64,000 bases of DNA from an uncultured Acidobacteriota bacterium (GCA_963818645.1 CAWFTF010000018.1:69499-133498), one strand, 5' to 3'; shown: positions 41,743 to 51,658, counted from the stretch's first letter. The notes: generated from the sequence alone by a model not told the origin. Program-made: numbers and translations.

Positions 41743-42656
41743 GTCGCGGCCTCCTTCTTCCTCCAATAGCGTGCGAGCCCGCTGAACAGGTGCTCGTACG
41801 CGGCCGCCACAACATAAGTCGCCACCTCGGATTCGGTCATCTGCCTACGAATCTGATGCCGAAGCTTTTCAGCAAAGGCAGAACTTCGTTCTTCATCCGT
41901 GCCCGGCCCATTCAGCAGCGCGAGTGCAATGCCCGACGTCGTCTGCAGGTTGTCGAGCAGCGACGCGAAGTGCGGACGCACGTCGGTAACGGGACCGAAG
42001 TGCGTGAGCATCAGCGTTGCCGGTGACCAGGCGAGGATCCGGTCGACGCTCTGTCCCCATGCTTCGACGTCGATATCCGGTGGCGGCGTGGGCGGGAGCA
42101 CGTAGCCGCCGTTGATGCAAACGCCCGCGGTATCGCCGACGAACGCGACACCGCTCGAATCATCGAAGTAACTCACGTGATGTGACGCGTGGCCCGGCGT
42201 ATAGGCCACGTCGAACGTGCGCCCACCGGCCTCGATGCGCTCGCCTCCGGTCAACGACACGAGATTGCTGGCGGGCACTGGCGCGAACTCTCCCCACAGC
42301 TCGTCCATGCGGTCACGGTAGACGCGCGCCGCGCTCTCGATCAACTTCGTCGGGTCCACCATGTGCTTGATGCCGCGCTCGTGCACGAGCACTTTGATGT
42401 GCGGGTGCGCTCGGACGATCGTTCCTGTGGCGCCGGCGTGATCGAGGTGGATATGAGTCAACAGGATGTGGCGGACGTCAGGCCATCTGATGCCGTTCGC
42501 CTGCAGCCCGAGTTCGAGCGTCTCCAGACAAGTGGTTGGACCGGGATCGACGATGGCGACGCCGCCATGGCCTTGCACGAGCGCGGTTGCTATGACCTGC
42601 GGGCGCCCACGGAATTGGAGATCGACCCACGAGAGTCCATGACTGAGTGTGTTCAC
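41739..42656 (-). CDS. MBL-fold metallo-hydrolase
   Basis: Contains THIHLDHAGATG (HxHxDH) and the downstream His/Asp ligands TPGHASHH and VGD. 305 aa. Confidence 0.85.
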   Translation of the reverse strand: MNTLSHGLSWVDLQFRGRPQVIATALVQGHGGVAIVDPGPTTCLETLELGLQANGIRWPDVRHILLTHIHLDHAGATGTIVRAHPHIKVLVHERGIKHMVDPTKLIESAARVYRDRMDELWGEFAPVPASNLVSLTGGERIEAGGRTFDVAYTPGHASHHVSYFDDSSGVAFVGDTAGVCINGGYVLPPTPPPDIDVEAWGQSVDRILAWSPATLMLTHFGPVTDVRPHFASLLDNLQTTSGIALALLNGPGTDEERSSAFAEKLRHQIRRQMTESEVATYVVAAAYEHLFSGLARYWRKKEAAT

Positions 42657-43030
42657 AGCACCGTCACCTTCGTCGTGCCCGAGGAGTCGGCCGAGATAGC
42701 GGTCTCGGGATCGAAGAACTGCACGCGCATCATTGGGCTCGATGCGCGGACGCGTGTCGCCGTCGCGATGACCTCTTGACGCCCGCGAATGGGCAACGAG
42801 TTGCCATTCACGTCGATTGAAACGTCCGCAGTCAGATGAGTCTGGAGCGAGGCCACCGCTGTCAGCGCGCGTAAATCCGTTTCGGCGCTCTCATGACTCA
42901 ACGTCGTGGCGACGTCGGCGAGGAGTCGATTGACCTGCTGTTCGGGGCTGTCCCACCAGCGATATCCTGCCACCACAGCCACGAGCGCGGCGACAACAAT
43001 CGCGGCGCGCCCGAGCGCCGAGGCGGGCAT
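42653..43030 (-). CDS. Hypothetical membrane-anchored protein (125 aa, N-terminal TM)
   Basis: [26 protein letters not shown] then a soluble domain. ATG 43030. Its stop overlaps the MBL gene's GTG (GTGA). The longer ORF 42653..43645 is antisense to the activator gene and was trimmed. Confidence 0.5.
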   Translation of the reverse strand: MPASALGRAAIVVAALVAVVAGYRWWDSPEQQVNRLLADVATTLSHESAETDLRALTAVASLQTHLTADVSIDVNGNSLPIRGRQEVIATATRVRASSPMMRVQFFDPETAISADSSGTTKVTVL

Positions 43031-43099
43031 ATACGTGGGATTATACTGGTGGGTCCGACCCTCTGGCTGATTCACGACGTGTTCGGGCCGATCACACAA

Positions 43100-45073
43100 A
43101 TGCTCCAGGCTGATCCAGTGGACGTGCTGACGTCGGTTGCGCGTCTGGTCGCGGAGGCGCCAAGTCTCCGCGAAGTGGTTGCCGGTCTGGCCGGGACACT
43201 TCGCGCGCCAATTCCCTTCGACCGGCTCCATGTGTTGCGGCTCGATCGCGCCGACTCGTTCGTTCTCTACACCGCGAGCGAGACCGGCGGCGTCGAGGTC
43301 ACGAAACATCTCGTCGGCGATCCCGCCACTCAAATGGACGCCGTTGACGATGCCGCACGCTCGCGCATTGTTTGCACAATTCGACAGGGAGCGCGTGTGC
43401 ACGGCGCACTCTGGCTCACGTCCCCGAACGAAGACGCCTTCTGCACGGCTCACCAGAAGTTGATGGATAGCGTGGTCGATCTGCTTGGCCTCGCCTTCGA
43501 GCACGATGCGATCGTCGAGCGTGACAAGCTGCGGCGTGAGCGCATCGACAGCCTGCGCGGCCTGCTGCAGACGATGGCAGGGGCGCTCGACATCAGGCGC
43601 GTATTCGACGAGGTGTCGGAGGTTGTTCGCGGCGGCTTGCCTCACGACATGCTGGTCATCACGTCATGGGGCGCAGACGGCACCTCCTTCCGCATTTACG
43701 CCATGGCGGGTGCGGCGGCCGAGCCGGACTTCTTCGAGGCGCAGCCGCTGAGCGGCGATGACCTCGCGCAGCTCCAGCGCGATGCCTACGTGATTCATGA
43801 CGCCGATACCGAAGTGCCGCCGACCAGCTTGCGCGGCAAGATCTTCCGCCGCTTCGGCGTGCGCTCCGCCCTCCGCGTGCTCATGCCACTCGGCACCAGG
43901 GTCTTCGGATCGTTGTTCTTCCTGTCCTGGCAGACCGATCGCTTCAGCGAAGAGGACGTGGACTTCGCTCGCCGGGTCGCGGATCACCTGGCACTCGCCC
44001 TCTCCCACGAACAACTGGCGGAGGCGGCGCGCCGCCAGGCGGAGTCTCGTGAGACAGCCGCACGGCTCGAAGCGCAAGTCGCCACACTGACCCGCGAGCT
44101 CGAATCTCGCACCGGTCATCGTCGGGTCGTCGGTCAGTCGAAGCAATGGAAGGATGTCCTCGCGCATGCCGCGCGCGTGGCACACACAGAAACAACGGTC
44201 TTGTTGACCGGCGAGTCGGGCACCGGCAAGGAGGTCGTCGCGCGCTTCATCCACCACGCGTCGCGTCGAAGTCAGGGACCGTTTGTCGCGATCAATTGTG
44301 CGGCGCTTCCAGACCAACTGCTCGAGTCCGAGCTCTTCGGTCATGAGCGCGGCGCCTTCACGGGCGCCGTGTCTGCGAAGCCTGGCCGCATCGAACAGGC
44401 GAACGGCGGCGTGCTCTTCCTCGACGAAGTTGGCGAGATGGCGCCGACCGTCCAGGCCAAATTGCTGCGCGTGCTCGAAGAGCGTGAGTTCATGCGGCTT
44501 GGAAGCACACGCGCGCTGCATGCCGATATTCGAGTGATCGCGGCAACCAACCGCGACCTTCACGCCGCCATGCAACGAGGCGAGTTCCGCGAGGACCTCT
44601 ACTACCGGCTCGGTGTCTTCGAGATCTCTTTGCCGCCGTTGCGGGCTCGTCTCGACGACGTGCTGGAGCTGGCGGATTCGTTCCTTGCCGAGATCGGCGA
44701 GACCGTCGGACGACCTGCCGCTGGCATCTCGCGCGACGCGCGAGAACATCTCCTGACGTACGAGTGGCCTGGGAACGTGCGCGAGTTGAGAAATGCGATC
44801 GAGCGCGCGGTCATCCTTGCCGATGGCGGCTTCATTCGAAGCGAGCACCTGCCCGTGACGCCTCGACGCGCCGGACGCAGCGATGACGACCACACCGCGG
44901 CGAACCTGCCGGCGGGGGGCGTGAATCTCGAGGACATCGAGCGCTCGCTGGTCGTGAAAGCGCTGACACAGGCGCGACATAACAAAACGCGCGCGGCCAA
45001 GCTGTTGGGCTTGACGCGCGCGCAGCTCTATTCACGAATTGAAAAGTACGGCCTGACAGGAACTGAATCGTAG
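43100..45073 (+). CDS. Sigma-54-dependent transcriptional activator with two GAF-like N-terminal domains
   Basis: Contains [11 protein letters not shown], an intact [26 protein letters not shown] and a C-terminal Fis-type HTH ([25 protein letters not shown]). Start set to ATG 43100. Confidence 0.88.
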   Translation: MLQADPVDVLTSVARLVAEAPSLREVVAGLAGTLRAPIPFDRLHVLRLDRADSFVLYTASETGGVEVTKHLVGDPATQMDAVDDAARSRIVCTIRQGARVHGALWLTSPNEDAFCTAHQKLMDSVVDLLGLAFEHDAIVERDKLRRERIDSLRGLLQTMAGALDIRRVFDEVSEVVRGGLPHDMLVITSWGADGTSFRIYAMAGAAAEPDFFEAQPLSGDDLAQLQRDAYVIHDADTEVPPTSLRGKIFRRFGVRSALRVLMPLGTRVFGSLFFLSWQTDRFSEEDVDFARRVADHLALALSHEQLAEAARRQAESRETAARLEAQVATLTRELESRTGHRRVVGQSKQWKDVLAHAARVAHTETTVLLTGESGTGKEVVARFIHHASRRSQGPFVAINCAALPDQLLESELFGHERGAFTGAVSAKPGRIEQANGGVLFLDEVGEMAPTVQAKLLRVLEEREFMRLGSTRALHADIRVIAATNRDLHAAMQRGEFREDLYYRLGVFEISLPPLRARLDDVLELADSFLAEIGETVGRPAAGISRDAREHLLTYEWPGNVRELRNAIERAVILADGGFIRSEHLPVTPRRAGRSDDDHTAANLPAGGVNLEDIERSLVVKALTQARHNKTRAAKLLGLTRAQLYSRIEKYGLTGTES

Positions 45074-45078
45074 CGTCC

Positions 45079-45747
45079 CTACATCTTGACGCGAACCGTC
45101 AGCGGCGCCGTCAGCCGCGTGTTCACGTCAGCACCTGGCCCAAGGCGAACCTCTTCACCGCGCGTTGCCAGCACCGCACCGGTTCCCGCCGCGCCGCCGA
45201 TCGCTGCACCTTTCACGGCACCGCCGCCACCACCCAGAAGACCGCCGACCGCTGCACCAACACCGGCACCGATACCGATTTTCGTCGCGTCCTTCCCCTT
45301 GGTCGCTCGAGCCTGATGCGAGATCGGCGCGGTCGCGATGTCATAGCGCTCGCTGTCGTGTCGAAGCGAGCTGAATCGATAGGCGACGCGGGCCCGCCCC
45401 TTCACGCGTCCAGAACGCGCGACATCCGTCACTGTGCCGACGAGTTCCGTGCCCATCGGCAGGACCGGCTTCCCATCAACAGCGACGGCCTGTCTGAGCG
45501 ATGCGCGAATGGTGTCCTCAACCTGGCTCGCGTCGGACGAAACGGCAGACTTGAGTTCGAGTCGCAATGCGGTGCCCGATGGAATCGTGACCTCACGATA
45601 CGTGGGCAGCCCGGGCTTCTCATCCGCGGCTGCTGAAGTCGACGTGCCTTCCTCCGCGGTCGTCCCGACTGCCGCGTTGTCCGAGGTAGAACTGCCGCAG
45701 GCCGCACACAGCCCCGCCAGTGTCAGTGCACACAACCATCTGCTCAC
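45079..45747 (-). CDS. Putative lipoprotein with a C-terminal glycine-zipper segment
   Basis: GTG 45747 preceded by GAGGAGG. The signal is MSRWLCALTLAGLCAAC. The tail is IGIGAGVGAAVGGLLGGGGGAVKGAAIGGAAGTGA. Confidence 0.6.
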   Translation of the reverse strand: MSRWLCALTLAGLCAACGSSTSDNAAVGTTAEEGTSTSAAADEKPGLPTYREVTIPSGTALRLELKSAVSSDASQVEDTIRASLRQAVAVDGKPVLPMGTELVGTVTDVARSGRVKGRARVAYRFSSLRHDSERYDIATAPISHQARATKGKDATKIGIGAGVGAAVGGLLGGGGGAVKGAAIGGAAGTGAVLATRGEEVRLGPGADVNTRLTAPLTVRVKM

Positions 45748-45943
45748 GGAAACCTCCTCGAACAGGGCCATCCGGTCCGCGCACCGGGTGAATGTCAAAA
45801 CTGTGTTTCAGAGGCCGAAAATCTGACGCAGATCGCCGTTTGCGCTGGCCCTGGGGCCGAACGATGCCAGATCGCTGCCAGGCCAGCCGGAGGCTTCATC
45901 ACACCGTCCGTCCCATTCCTCACAGTTCTGCTACCTTGGAAGA

Positions 45944-48553
45944 ATGCTCAGAGTTACACGTGTACTTTTCTTTCTCGTCCTTATAGCGGTTCCAGCCAGC
46001 GCCCAGAGGCTTCCCGGCAACGTCGTCCCCGAGCACTACACGCTGTGGTTTGCTCCTGACCTCGAAAAGGAAACCTTTCGCGGACGCGAGTCGATCGACG
46101 TTGTCTTGACGGAACCGTCGACGACGGTGACGTTGCACGCGGCGGAGATCGACTTCTCCGAGGTGACGATTACATCCGGGGGCAAAACGCAGACGGCGCG
46201 GGTGACGCTCGACGCCTCGCACGAGACTGCGACGTTCACGGTCCCGCAGCCGATCGCCGAGGGCAAGGCAACGATCCAGATCACGTACACGGGAATCCTC
46301 AACGACAAGTTGCGCGGCTTTTACATCAGCAAGGCAAACGGACGGAAGTATGCCGTCTCGCAGATGGAAGCGACCGACGCTCGCCGCGCGTTCCCTTCAT
46401 TCGACGAGCCCGCGTTCAAGGCGACATTCGACATCTCGATGACGATCGATTCGGGTGACACGGCGATCTCCAACGGCAAGGTGCTCTCGGACACACCGGG
46501 ACCCGAGGCAGGCAAGCACACGCTGAAGTTCGGACGAACGCCGAAGATGTCGACCTATCTCGCCGCGATGCTCGTCGGCGACTTCGTGTGTCGTGAAGGC
46601 GCGTCCGATGGCATCCCGATTCGCATCTGCTCGACACCCGACAAGCGCGAGCTGACCGCGTTCGCGCTCGAAGCGGCGCAACAGCAGCTCGCGTTCTTCA
46701 ACAAGTACTTCGGGATCAAATACCCGTTCGGCAAACTCGACATCATCGGCGTGCCCGACTTCTCCGCCGGCGCGATGGAGAATGCCGGCGCCATCACGTT
46801 CCGCGAGCGCCTGCTGCTGGTCGATCCGGCCAACTCCTCCGTCGCGTCGCGCAAGCGTGTGGCGGGAATCATCTCCCACGAGATCGCGCATCAGTGGTTC
46901 GGCAACCTCGTCACGATGAAGTGGTGGGACGACATCTGGTTGAACGAGGGGTTTGCCACCTGGATGGCCAATAAGCCACTCGCGGCGTGGCGGCCTGACT
47001 GGCACGTGGAACTGGACGATGCCGCGGATACGCAGGGAGCGTTGGGCATCGACGCCATGCGCTCGACGCGGCCCATTCGGATGAAGGTGGAGACGCCGGC
47101 AGAGATCAACGAAGTCTTCGACGGGATCGCGTACGAGAAGACGGCAGCAGTGCTGCGCATGATCGAGTCGTACGTCGGCGCTGAGCCTTTCAGGCAGGGC
47201 GTCGCGTCGTATTTGAAGCGGTTCTCCTACGCCAATGCGGCAGGCGAAGACTTCTGGAACGAGGTTGCCAAGGTGACCGGCAAACCGGTCGACCGCATTC
47301 TGGGCAGCTTCGTCGATCGCGCCGGCTCGCCAGTGCTGTCCGTTCAAAGTCGATGCGTGGCTGGCAAGACCACCGATGTCGATCTCACGATGGGACGCTT
47401 CATTGGCGTGCCTGGCAGCCCGCGAGAAGAACAGACGTGGACGCTGCCCGCCTGTCTCAAGACCGCGTCGGGCCAACCACGATGTGAGGTGATCGAGCGT
47501 CCGACACAGACCGTTCAGCTGAACGGCTGCAGCAAGACAGAAGGTGACGCCGTGTTCGCCAACACGGACAGCCGCGGCTACTACTTCACCGAGTACTCGC
47601 CAGATGCCGCCCGTGCACTGGCACGGTCGGCGACCACGCTGAAGCCGATCGAACGGCTCAGTCTTCTCGGCGATGAATGGTGGATGGTGCGCGGAGGGCG
47701 TCACGACGTCGGTGTGTACCTCGACGTCGCGAGTGCGTTCGCCAGCGACACCACGAGCGCGGTGATCGAGATGCTCGCGGGACGGCTGGCAGTGATTGGG
47801 CAGGATCTCGTCACGGCGTCCGACCAAGCCCGGTATCAAGCGTGGATTCGCACGCAATTCGGTCCGCAACTGCGCGCCCTGAGCCTTCCGGGAGAGGCAA
47901 AAGACAACGACGAGACCCACATGCGACGCGCGACGTTGCTCGAACTGGTTGGCGTTACCGGAAACGATCCAGAGGTCCAGAAGCGCAGTCGTGAACTGGC
48001 GGAGCAGTACCTGAAGGACTCACGCGCGCTGCCGGCCACGATGGCAGCCACGGTGCTCAAGGTGGCGGCGCTCGGCGGAGATCGTGCGCTCTACGATCAG
48101 TACGTCGCGAAGCTCGGCACGCTTGCTGCACAGCCCGAGCAGTACTACCGATTCTTCAATGCGCTCTCGTCGTTCAAGGACCCGGCGCTATCGAAACGCA
48201 CCCTCGAGTTTGCGCTCTCCCCTGCTGTTCGCACGCAGGATACCGGCACCTTGATCGGCTCGATGATGGTGCAGCCGTGGAGTCAGGAGATGACCTGGGA
48301 GTTCGTGAAAGCGAACTGGCAGACGATTGTGAAAAGCCTCGGCGAGTTCCAGGGGATTCCCTCGATCGTGGAATCAACTGCTTCCTTCTGCTCGGCGCCC
48401 CGCGCCCAGGAAGTGCGAGCTTTCTTCGAGAAGAACCCGATCCCCTCGTCGCAGCGGGCCGTCCAGCAGTCGATCGAGCGGATCGAAAACTGCGTGGCGC
48501 TCAAGGACCGCCAGAGCATGCCGCTCGCTACGTGGATAGCTTCTGTGAAGTAG
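45944..48553 (+). CDS. pepN: M1-family aminopeptidase N
   Basis: GAMENAG exopeptidase motif and HEIAHQWFGNLVTMKWWDDIWLNEGFA (HExxH-18-E). Signal peptide. 869 aa. Confidence 0.9.
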   Translation: MLRVTRVLFFLVLIAVPASAQRLPGNVVPEHYTLWFAPDLEKETFRGRESIDVVLTEPSTTVTLHAAEIDFSEVTITSGGKTQTARVTLDASHETATFTVPQPIAEGKATIQITYTGILNDKLRGFYISKANGRKYAVSQMEATDARRAFPSFDEPAFKATFDISMTIDSGDTAISNGKVLSDTPGPEAGKHTLKFGRTPKMSTYLAAMLVGDFVCREGASDGIPIRICSTPDKRELTAFALEAAQQQLAFFNKYFGIKYPFGKLDIIGVPDFSAGAMENAGAITFRERLLLVDPANSSVASRKRVAGIISHEIAHQWFGNLVTMKWWDDIWLNEGFATWMANKPLAAWRPDWHVELDDAADTQGALGIDAMRSTRPIRMKVETPAEINEVFDGIAYEKTAAVLRMIESYVGAEPFRQGVASYLKRFSYANAAGEDFWNEVAKVTGKPVDRILGSFVDRAGSPVLSVQSRCVAGKTTDVDLTMGRFIGVPGSPREEQTWTLPACLKTASGQPRCEVIERPTQTVQLNGCSKTEGDAVFANTDSRGYYFTEYSPDAARALARSATTLKPIERLSLLGDEWWMVRGGRHDVGVYLDVASAFASDTTSAVIEMLAGRLAVIGQDLVTASDQARYQAWIRTQFGPQLRALSLPGEAKDNDETHMRRATLLELVGVTGNDPEVQKRSRELAEQYLKDSRALPATMAATVLKVAALGGDRALYDQYVAKLGTLAAQPEQYYRFFNALSSFKDPALSKRTLEFALSPAVRTQDTGTLIGSMMVQPWSQEMTWEFVKANWQTIVKSLGEFQGIPSIVESTASFCSAPRAQEVRAFFEKNPIPSSQRAVQQSIERIENCVALKDRQSMPLATWIASVK

Positions 48554-48619
48554 GCAGTATGCGGTAGGCAGTAGGCACAGAAGGTGACGGTCGCCTACTG
48601 CCTACTGCATACCGCCTAC
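48550..48619. terminator. 27-bp-stem hairpin made of GTAGGCA heptamers, between the convergent pepN and ccp genes
   Basis: The left arm (48550-48576) pairs with the right arm (48593-48619) with 2 non-Watson-Crick positions out of 27. 16-nt loop. It overlaps the pepN stop and ends 3 nt before the ccp stop. Confidence 0.6.
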
Positions 48620-48622
48620 TTA

Positions 48623-49699
48623 CTACTGAGGAAACGCCGCCGGCGCCTTGTCTTGATACCCGTCGCCTTCGAGTGATTCCAGGAAGGCGACGATCGCGTC
48701 CACTTCGGCTGGACTGAGACGAAGCAGTTCCATCTTGACGTCCAGGTAAGGGTTCTTGTTCCCGCCGCGGTTGTAGAGTTCCACCACCTCACGCAACGAG
48801 CTCTCGGACCCGTCGTGCAGATACGGCGAATGCTTCGTCACGTCACGCAGCGTCGGCGTCTTGAACGCGCCGCGATCGGACTCGCTCTTCGTCACGACGA
48901 AGCGACCCTCATCGCTGAACTGCTTCGCCACGGGATCCCAGCCGATGCCAAGGTTGTGGAACTTGCTGTCGGTGAAATTGTTTCCGGCGTGACACTGGCG
49001 GCACTTCGCCTTCCCGAAGAACAACTCGTGCCCCTGCTTCACCTGATCGGACACGGCCTTCTCATCACGATCGTATCGCCAGCGATCCCACGCCGAGTTG
49101 CCGCTCATGCGCGTCTGCTCGTAGGCGACGATGGCCTTGGCGATGCGCTCACCGGTGATCTCGTCGCTGCCGAACGCGGTCCTGAAGTACGGTTTGTATC
49201 CCGCGATCTTCGAGATCTTGTCGCCGAGCGCGTGCGGCATGTCCGTCATGCCCATCTCGATCGGATTGCCGATCGGCCCAAGCGCCTGATCTTCCAGCGA
49301 CCCCGCGCGACCATCCCAGAAAAAATGCGGGAGCAGTGGGTCCGCCTGATTGACCAGCGACGGCGCCTTTCGTCGTCCCTTCTGACCACCGATGCCCGTC
49401 GATACGGCCGTCGGCTCTGAGAACGCATGCTCGGGGCGATGGCAGGTGGCACAGGCCACGCTATTGTCCGCAGACAGACGCCTGTCGTAGAAGAGCCAGC
49501 GCCCGAGTCGAACGCGCTCAGGCGTGGGTGGCTCGGTCAGCGAGGAGAGATCGATCTCGGCACCGAGGGGCGCCTGAGGAATCGCGACAATAGGATTGTC
49601 CGCCTCCCACGGCGGAGGCGCGGACGCAGCGGATGAACATGCCGTTGCGACAAGCGCAACAACACCGACCCCAATCGATTTCCAGATCTGTGCTTTCAC
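48623..49699 (-). CDS. Di-haem cytochrome c peroxidase (CCP/MauG family)
   Basis: Two CxxCH sites (CATCH, CRQCH), LFYD..LS, FFWDGR and the PYLHDG motif. Signal peptide. GTG start. Confidence 0.88.
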   Translation of the reverse strand: MKAQIWKSIGVGVVALVATACSSAASAPPPWEADNPIVAIPQAPLGAEIDLSSLTEPPTPERVRLGRWLFYDRRLSADNSVACATCHRPEHAFSEPTAVSTGIGGQKGRRKAPSLVNQADPLLPHFFWDGRAGSLEDQALGPIGNPIEMGMTDMPHALGDKISKIAGYKPYFRTAFGSDEITGERIAKAIVAYEQTRMSGNSAWDRWRYDRDEKAVSDQVKQGHELFFGKAKCRQCHAGNNFTDSKFHNLGIGWDPVAKQFSDEGRFVVTKSESDRGAFKTPTLRDVTKHSPYLHDGSESSLREVVELYNRGGNKNPYLDVKMELLRLSPAEVDAIVAFLESLEGDGYQDKAPAAFPQ

Positions 49700-49747
49700 T
49701 CTGAACTGCCTGCCGTGAACTGTGAACCGTGAACTGCCTACTTCAGA
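49700..49747. repeat. Tandem heptamer tract (GTGAAC-type) filling the exbD-ccp spacer
   Basis: Reads tctgaac tgcctgc cgtgaac tgtgaac cgtgaac tgcctac ttcagaa. It is closed by tctgaa/ttcaga. It shares ACTGCCTAC with the hairpin at 48597-48605. Confidence 0.6.
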
Positions 49748-50184
49748 ATTGTACCCCGCATCCGTTCGGTCACAATTCCCACACGGTCCACCCCGGCCCC
49801 TTTTGCGCTGTCGATGACACGGACGATGTCGCCATAGCGCAGGTTTCCCGCAGCCATTATGAACATGGTCTTGTCTCGACGACTGTCGTAGACCTCCTTG
49901 AGACGCGCATCGAGTTCCTGGAGCGTGACCTCCTGCTTGTTGATCGAGACTCGTTTATCGCCGCTGTACTCGAGGACGATTTGCTGCGACGGAGTCGGTC
50001 TCGGAGCCGCTGTCTCCGCCGGAAGGTCCACGTCGATCCCACGCTGATTGAGCGGGAGCGTGGCCATGAAGATGATGAGCAGCACCAGCAGGACGTCGAT
50101 CAGCGGCGTGATGTTCATCTCCGAGTTCGCGCGCGGTCTCGTTGCCTGAACGACCGTCTCCGCCCCGTGATGCTGGTGGGCCAT
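49738..50184 (-). CDS. exbD: Biopolymer transport protein ExbD/TolR
   Basis: Contains NITPLIDVLLVLLIIFM and the ExbD periplasmic domain (IMAAGNLRYGDIVRVIDSAKGAGV). ATG 50184 preceded by GGGAGG. No exbB is adjacent. Confidence 0.85.
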   Translation of the reverse strand: MAHQHHGAETVVQATRPRANSEMNITPLIDVLLVLLIIFMATLPLNQRGIDVDLPAETAAPRPTPSQQIVLEYSGDKRVSINKQEVTLQELDARLKEVYDSRRDKTMFIMAAGNLRYGDIVRVIDSAKGAGVDRVGIVTERMRGTILK

Positions 50185-50251
50185 CGCCGCCTCCCTGTGG
50201 ATTGATTGGACACCGGGCGCGGCGAATGGTTTCGTGCGGGTCACGATAAAC

Positions 50252-50401
50252 CGCGGAGACGCGGAGAACACGGAGGCTTTCATCGCAGAGATCGCAGGGA
50301 TCGCAGGGACGAAATGCAGTCCACGCCGGTTGACCCGCGCTGCGCGCGGCATGGAGCGAAGGCCGGCGGTCAACCGACGGCTCTGCGATCCCCGCGATCT
50401 C
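50252..50401. repeat. Structured intergenic element: tandem 8-9 nt words plus nested inverted repeats
   Basis: cgcggaga appears twice (50252-50267). atcgcagag/atcgcaggg/atcgcaggg runs over 50282-50308. A 19-bp stem (50288-50306 with 50383-50401, 1 mismatch) encloses a perfect 9-bp stem, cggttgacc (50327-50335) with ggtcaaccg (50368-50376). Confidence 0.6.
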
Positions 50402-50415
50402 AGCGTTAAACCAAA

Positions 50416-51609
50416 TCAGTGAACGGAGCCTCGAACGTGATTCCGATAGACAAACAACTTCAACCCAACGAGCCCGGCGAGGATCGCCCCAGTCAGCGGC
50501 ACCCCGTGCCCTGTGAACGGCGTCAGCAGCACGAGCACCGCAGCGACAAGGCCGTACGCGCGCGTCTGGCGATACTCGGGCCGATCGTGCAGAAACCAAA
50601 GGGAGAGCAGATACGTCGCGACCGGCACGGCCACGGCGACACCGGCGCCGACCGGCCCGATCTTCGCCGTGTGAGTCGCCGCATCAACGGCCACTGCGAG
50701 CCCCGCACCAACCGCAGCGGCTGATGCGAAGACGACGTAGTGACCATATCCCCAGATGAAGGCCTTCCGGATGCTCGTGAGCAGATCGTGAACCGGCCGA
50801 TCGAAGTAGACCCACCACATCGCATAGACGATGAGCAGCCCCCCGACGATGATCGCTATCAGTTCTGAGAGAGCCGCGCCTGCTGCCAGCGCTGACTGAG
50901 TCGCAGCGTTCGCCGCCAGGATCGACTCGCCCAGCACGATCAGCGTCAACAGACCGTATCGCTCCGTGATGTGATGTGGATGCCACGGCGTCGGCGACGC
51001 CCGCTCAGCCCACATCGGCACCGAGAGATCCAGCGCAGCCAGAACCAGGAACCCAGTCAACCAGTACTGCGGCACGAAGAGCATTCCAACCCAGGCCGTC
51101 TGCAGGATCGTGATGCCGACCGCATAGCGCCGCGCCGTCGAGCGGTGCGTGGGATCCGAAGCCGATGCTCGCAGCCACTGCACGACCAGCGCGAGCCGCA
51201 TGACCACGTAGCCACCTACGACGGCGATGTTGGGCGTACGAGTTTCGAACATTTGGGTGATGCCCGCCGCCAACAGCAACGCGCCCGCGATTTGCACGAA
51301 CACCAGCAGCCGATACGGCACGTCGTCGCAGTCGTACGCGGATGCGAACCAGGTGAAGGCCATCCACGCCCACCAGATGGCGAAGAACACCATCACGTAA
51401 CCGATGAGACCGTCGACCACGTGCAACTCGGCCACGGCATGATGCAACGCGCCGGCGGCCTGCGCGATGGCGACCACAAAGACCAGATCGAAGAAGAGTT
51501 CGAGCGGCGTCGCCGCGCGATGCGCTTCGTGAGGCGATCGCGGCGTCATCCGCACGAACCAGCGCCAGCCAACTGGCTTCGACGATGTCGTTGAATCGAG
51601 ATGAGACAT
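50416..51609 (-). CDS. Low-temperature-requirement protein A (LtrA) family membrane protein
   Basis: Contains ATPLELFFDLVFVVAIAQ and about 10 TM segments. 397 aa. Confidence 0.8.
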   Translation of the reverse strand: MSHLDSTTSSKPVGWRWFVRMTPRSPHEAHRAATPLELFFDLVFVVAIAQAAGALHHAVAELHVVDGLIGYVMVFFAIWWAWMAFTWFASAYDCDDVPYRLLVFVQIAGALLLAAGITQMFETRTPNIAVVGGYVVMRLALVVQWLRASASDPTHRSTARRYAVGITILQTAWVGMLFVPQYWLTGFLVLAALDLSVPMWAERASPTPWHPHHITERYGLLTLIVLGESILAANAATQSALAAGAALSELIAIIVGGLLIVYAMWWVYFDRPVHDLLTSIRKAFIWGYGHYVVFASAAAVGAGLAVAVDAATHTAKIGPVGAGVAVAVPVATYLLSLWFLHDRPEYRQTRAYGLVAAVLVLLTPFTGHGVPLTGAILAGLVGLKLFVYRNHVRGSVH

Positions 51610-51658
51610 TCGTTTGGATTCTATCCATACTCAGCCACCCAACTACCCAGCTACCCAG

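Noticed and set aside
43031-43645. N-terminal 205 aa of ORF 42653..43645 (minus strand)
   Set aside because: It is antisense to the GAF activator gene and looks like junk. Only the last 125 codons, from ATG 43030, form a plausible TM-anchored protein.
43664-47920. Minus-strand ORFs 43664..44980 and 46397..47920
   Set aside because: They are antisense to the sigma-54 activator and to pepN respectively. No motifs, and typical GC-rich shadow frames.
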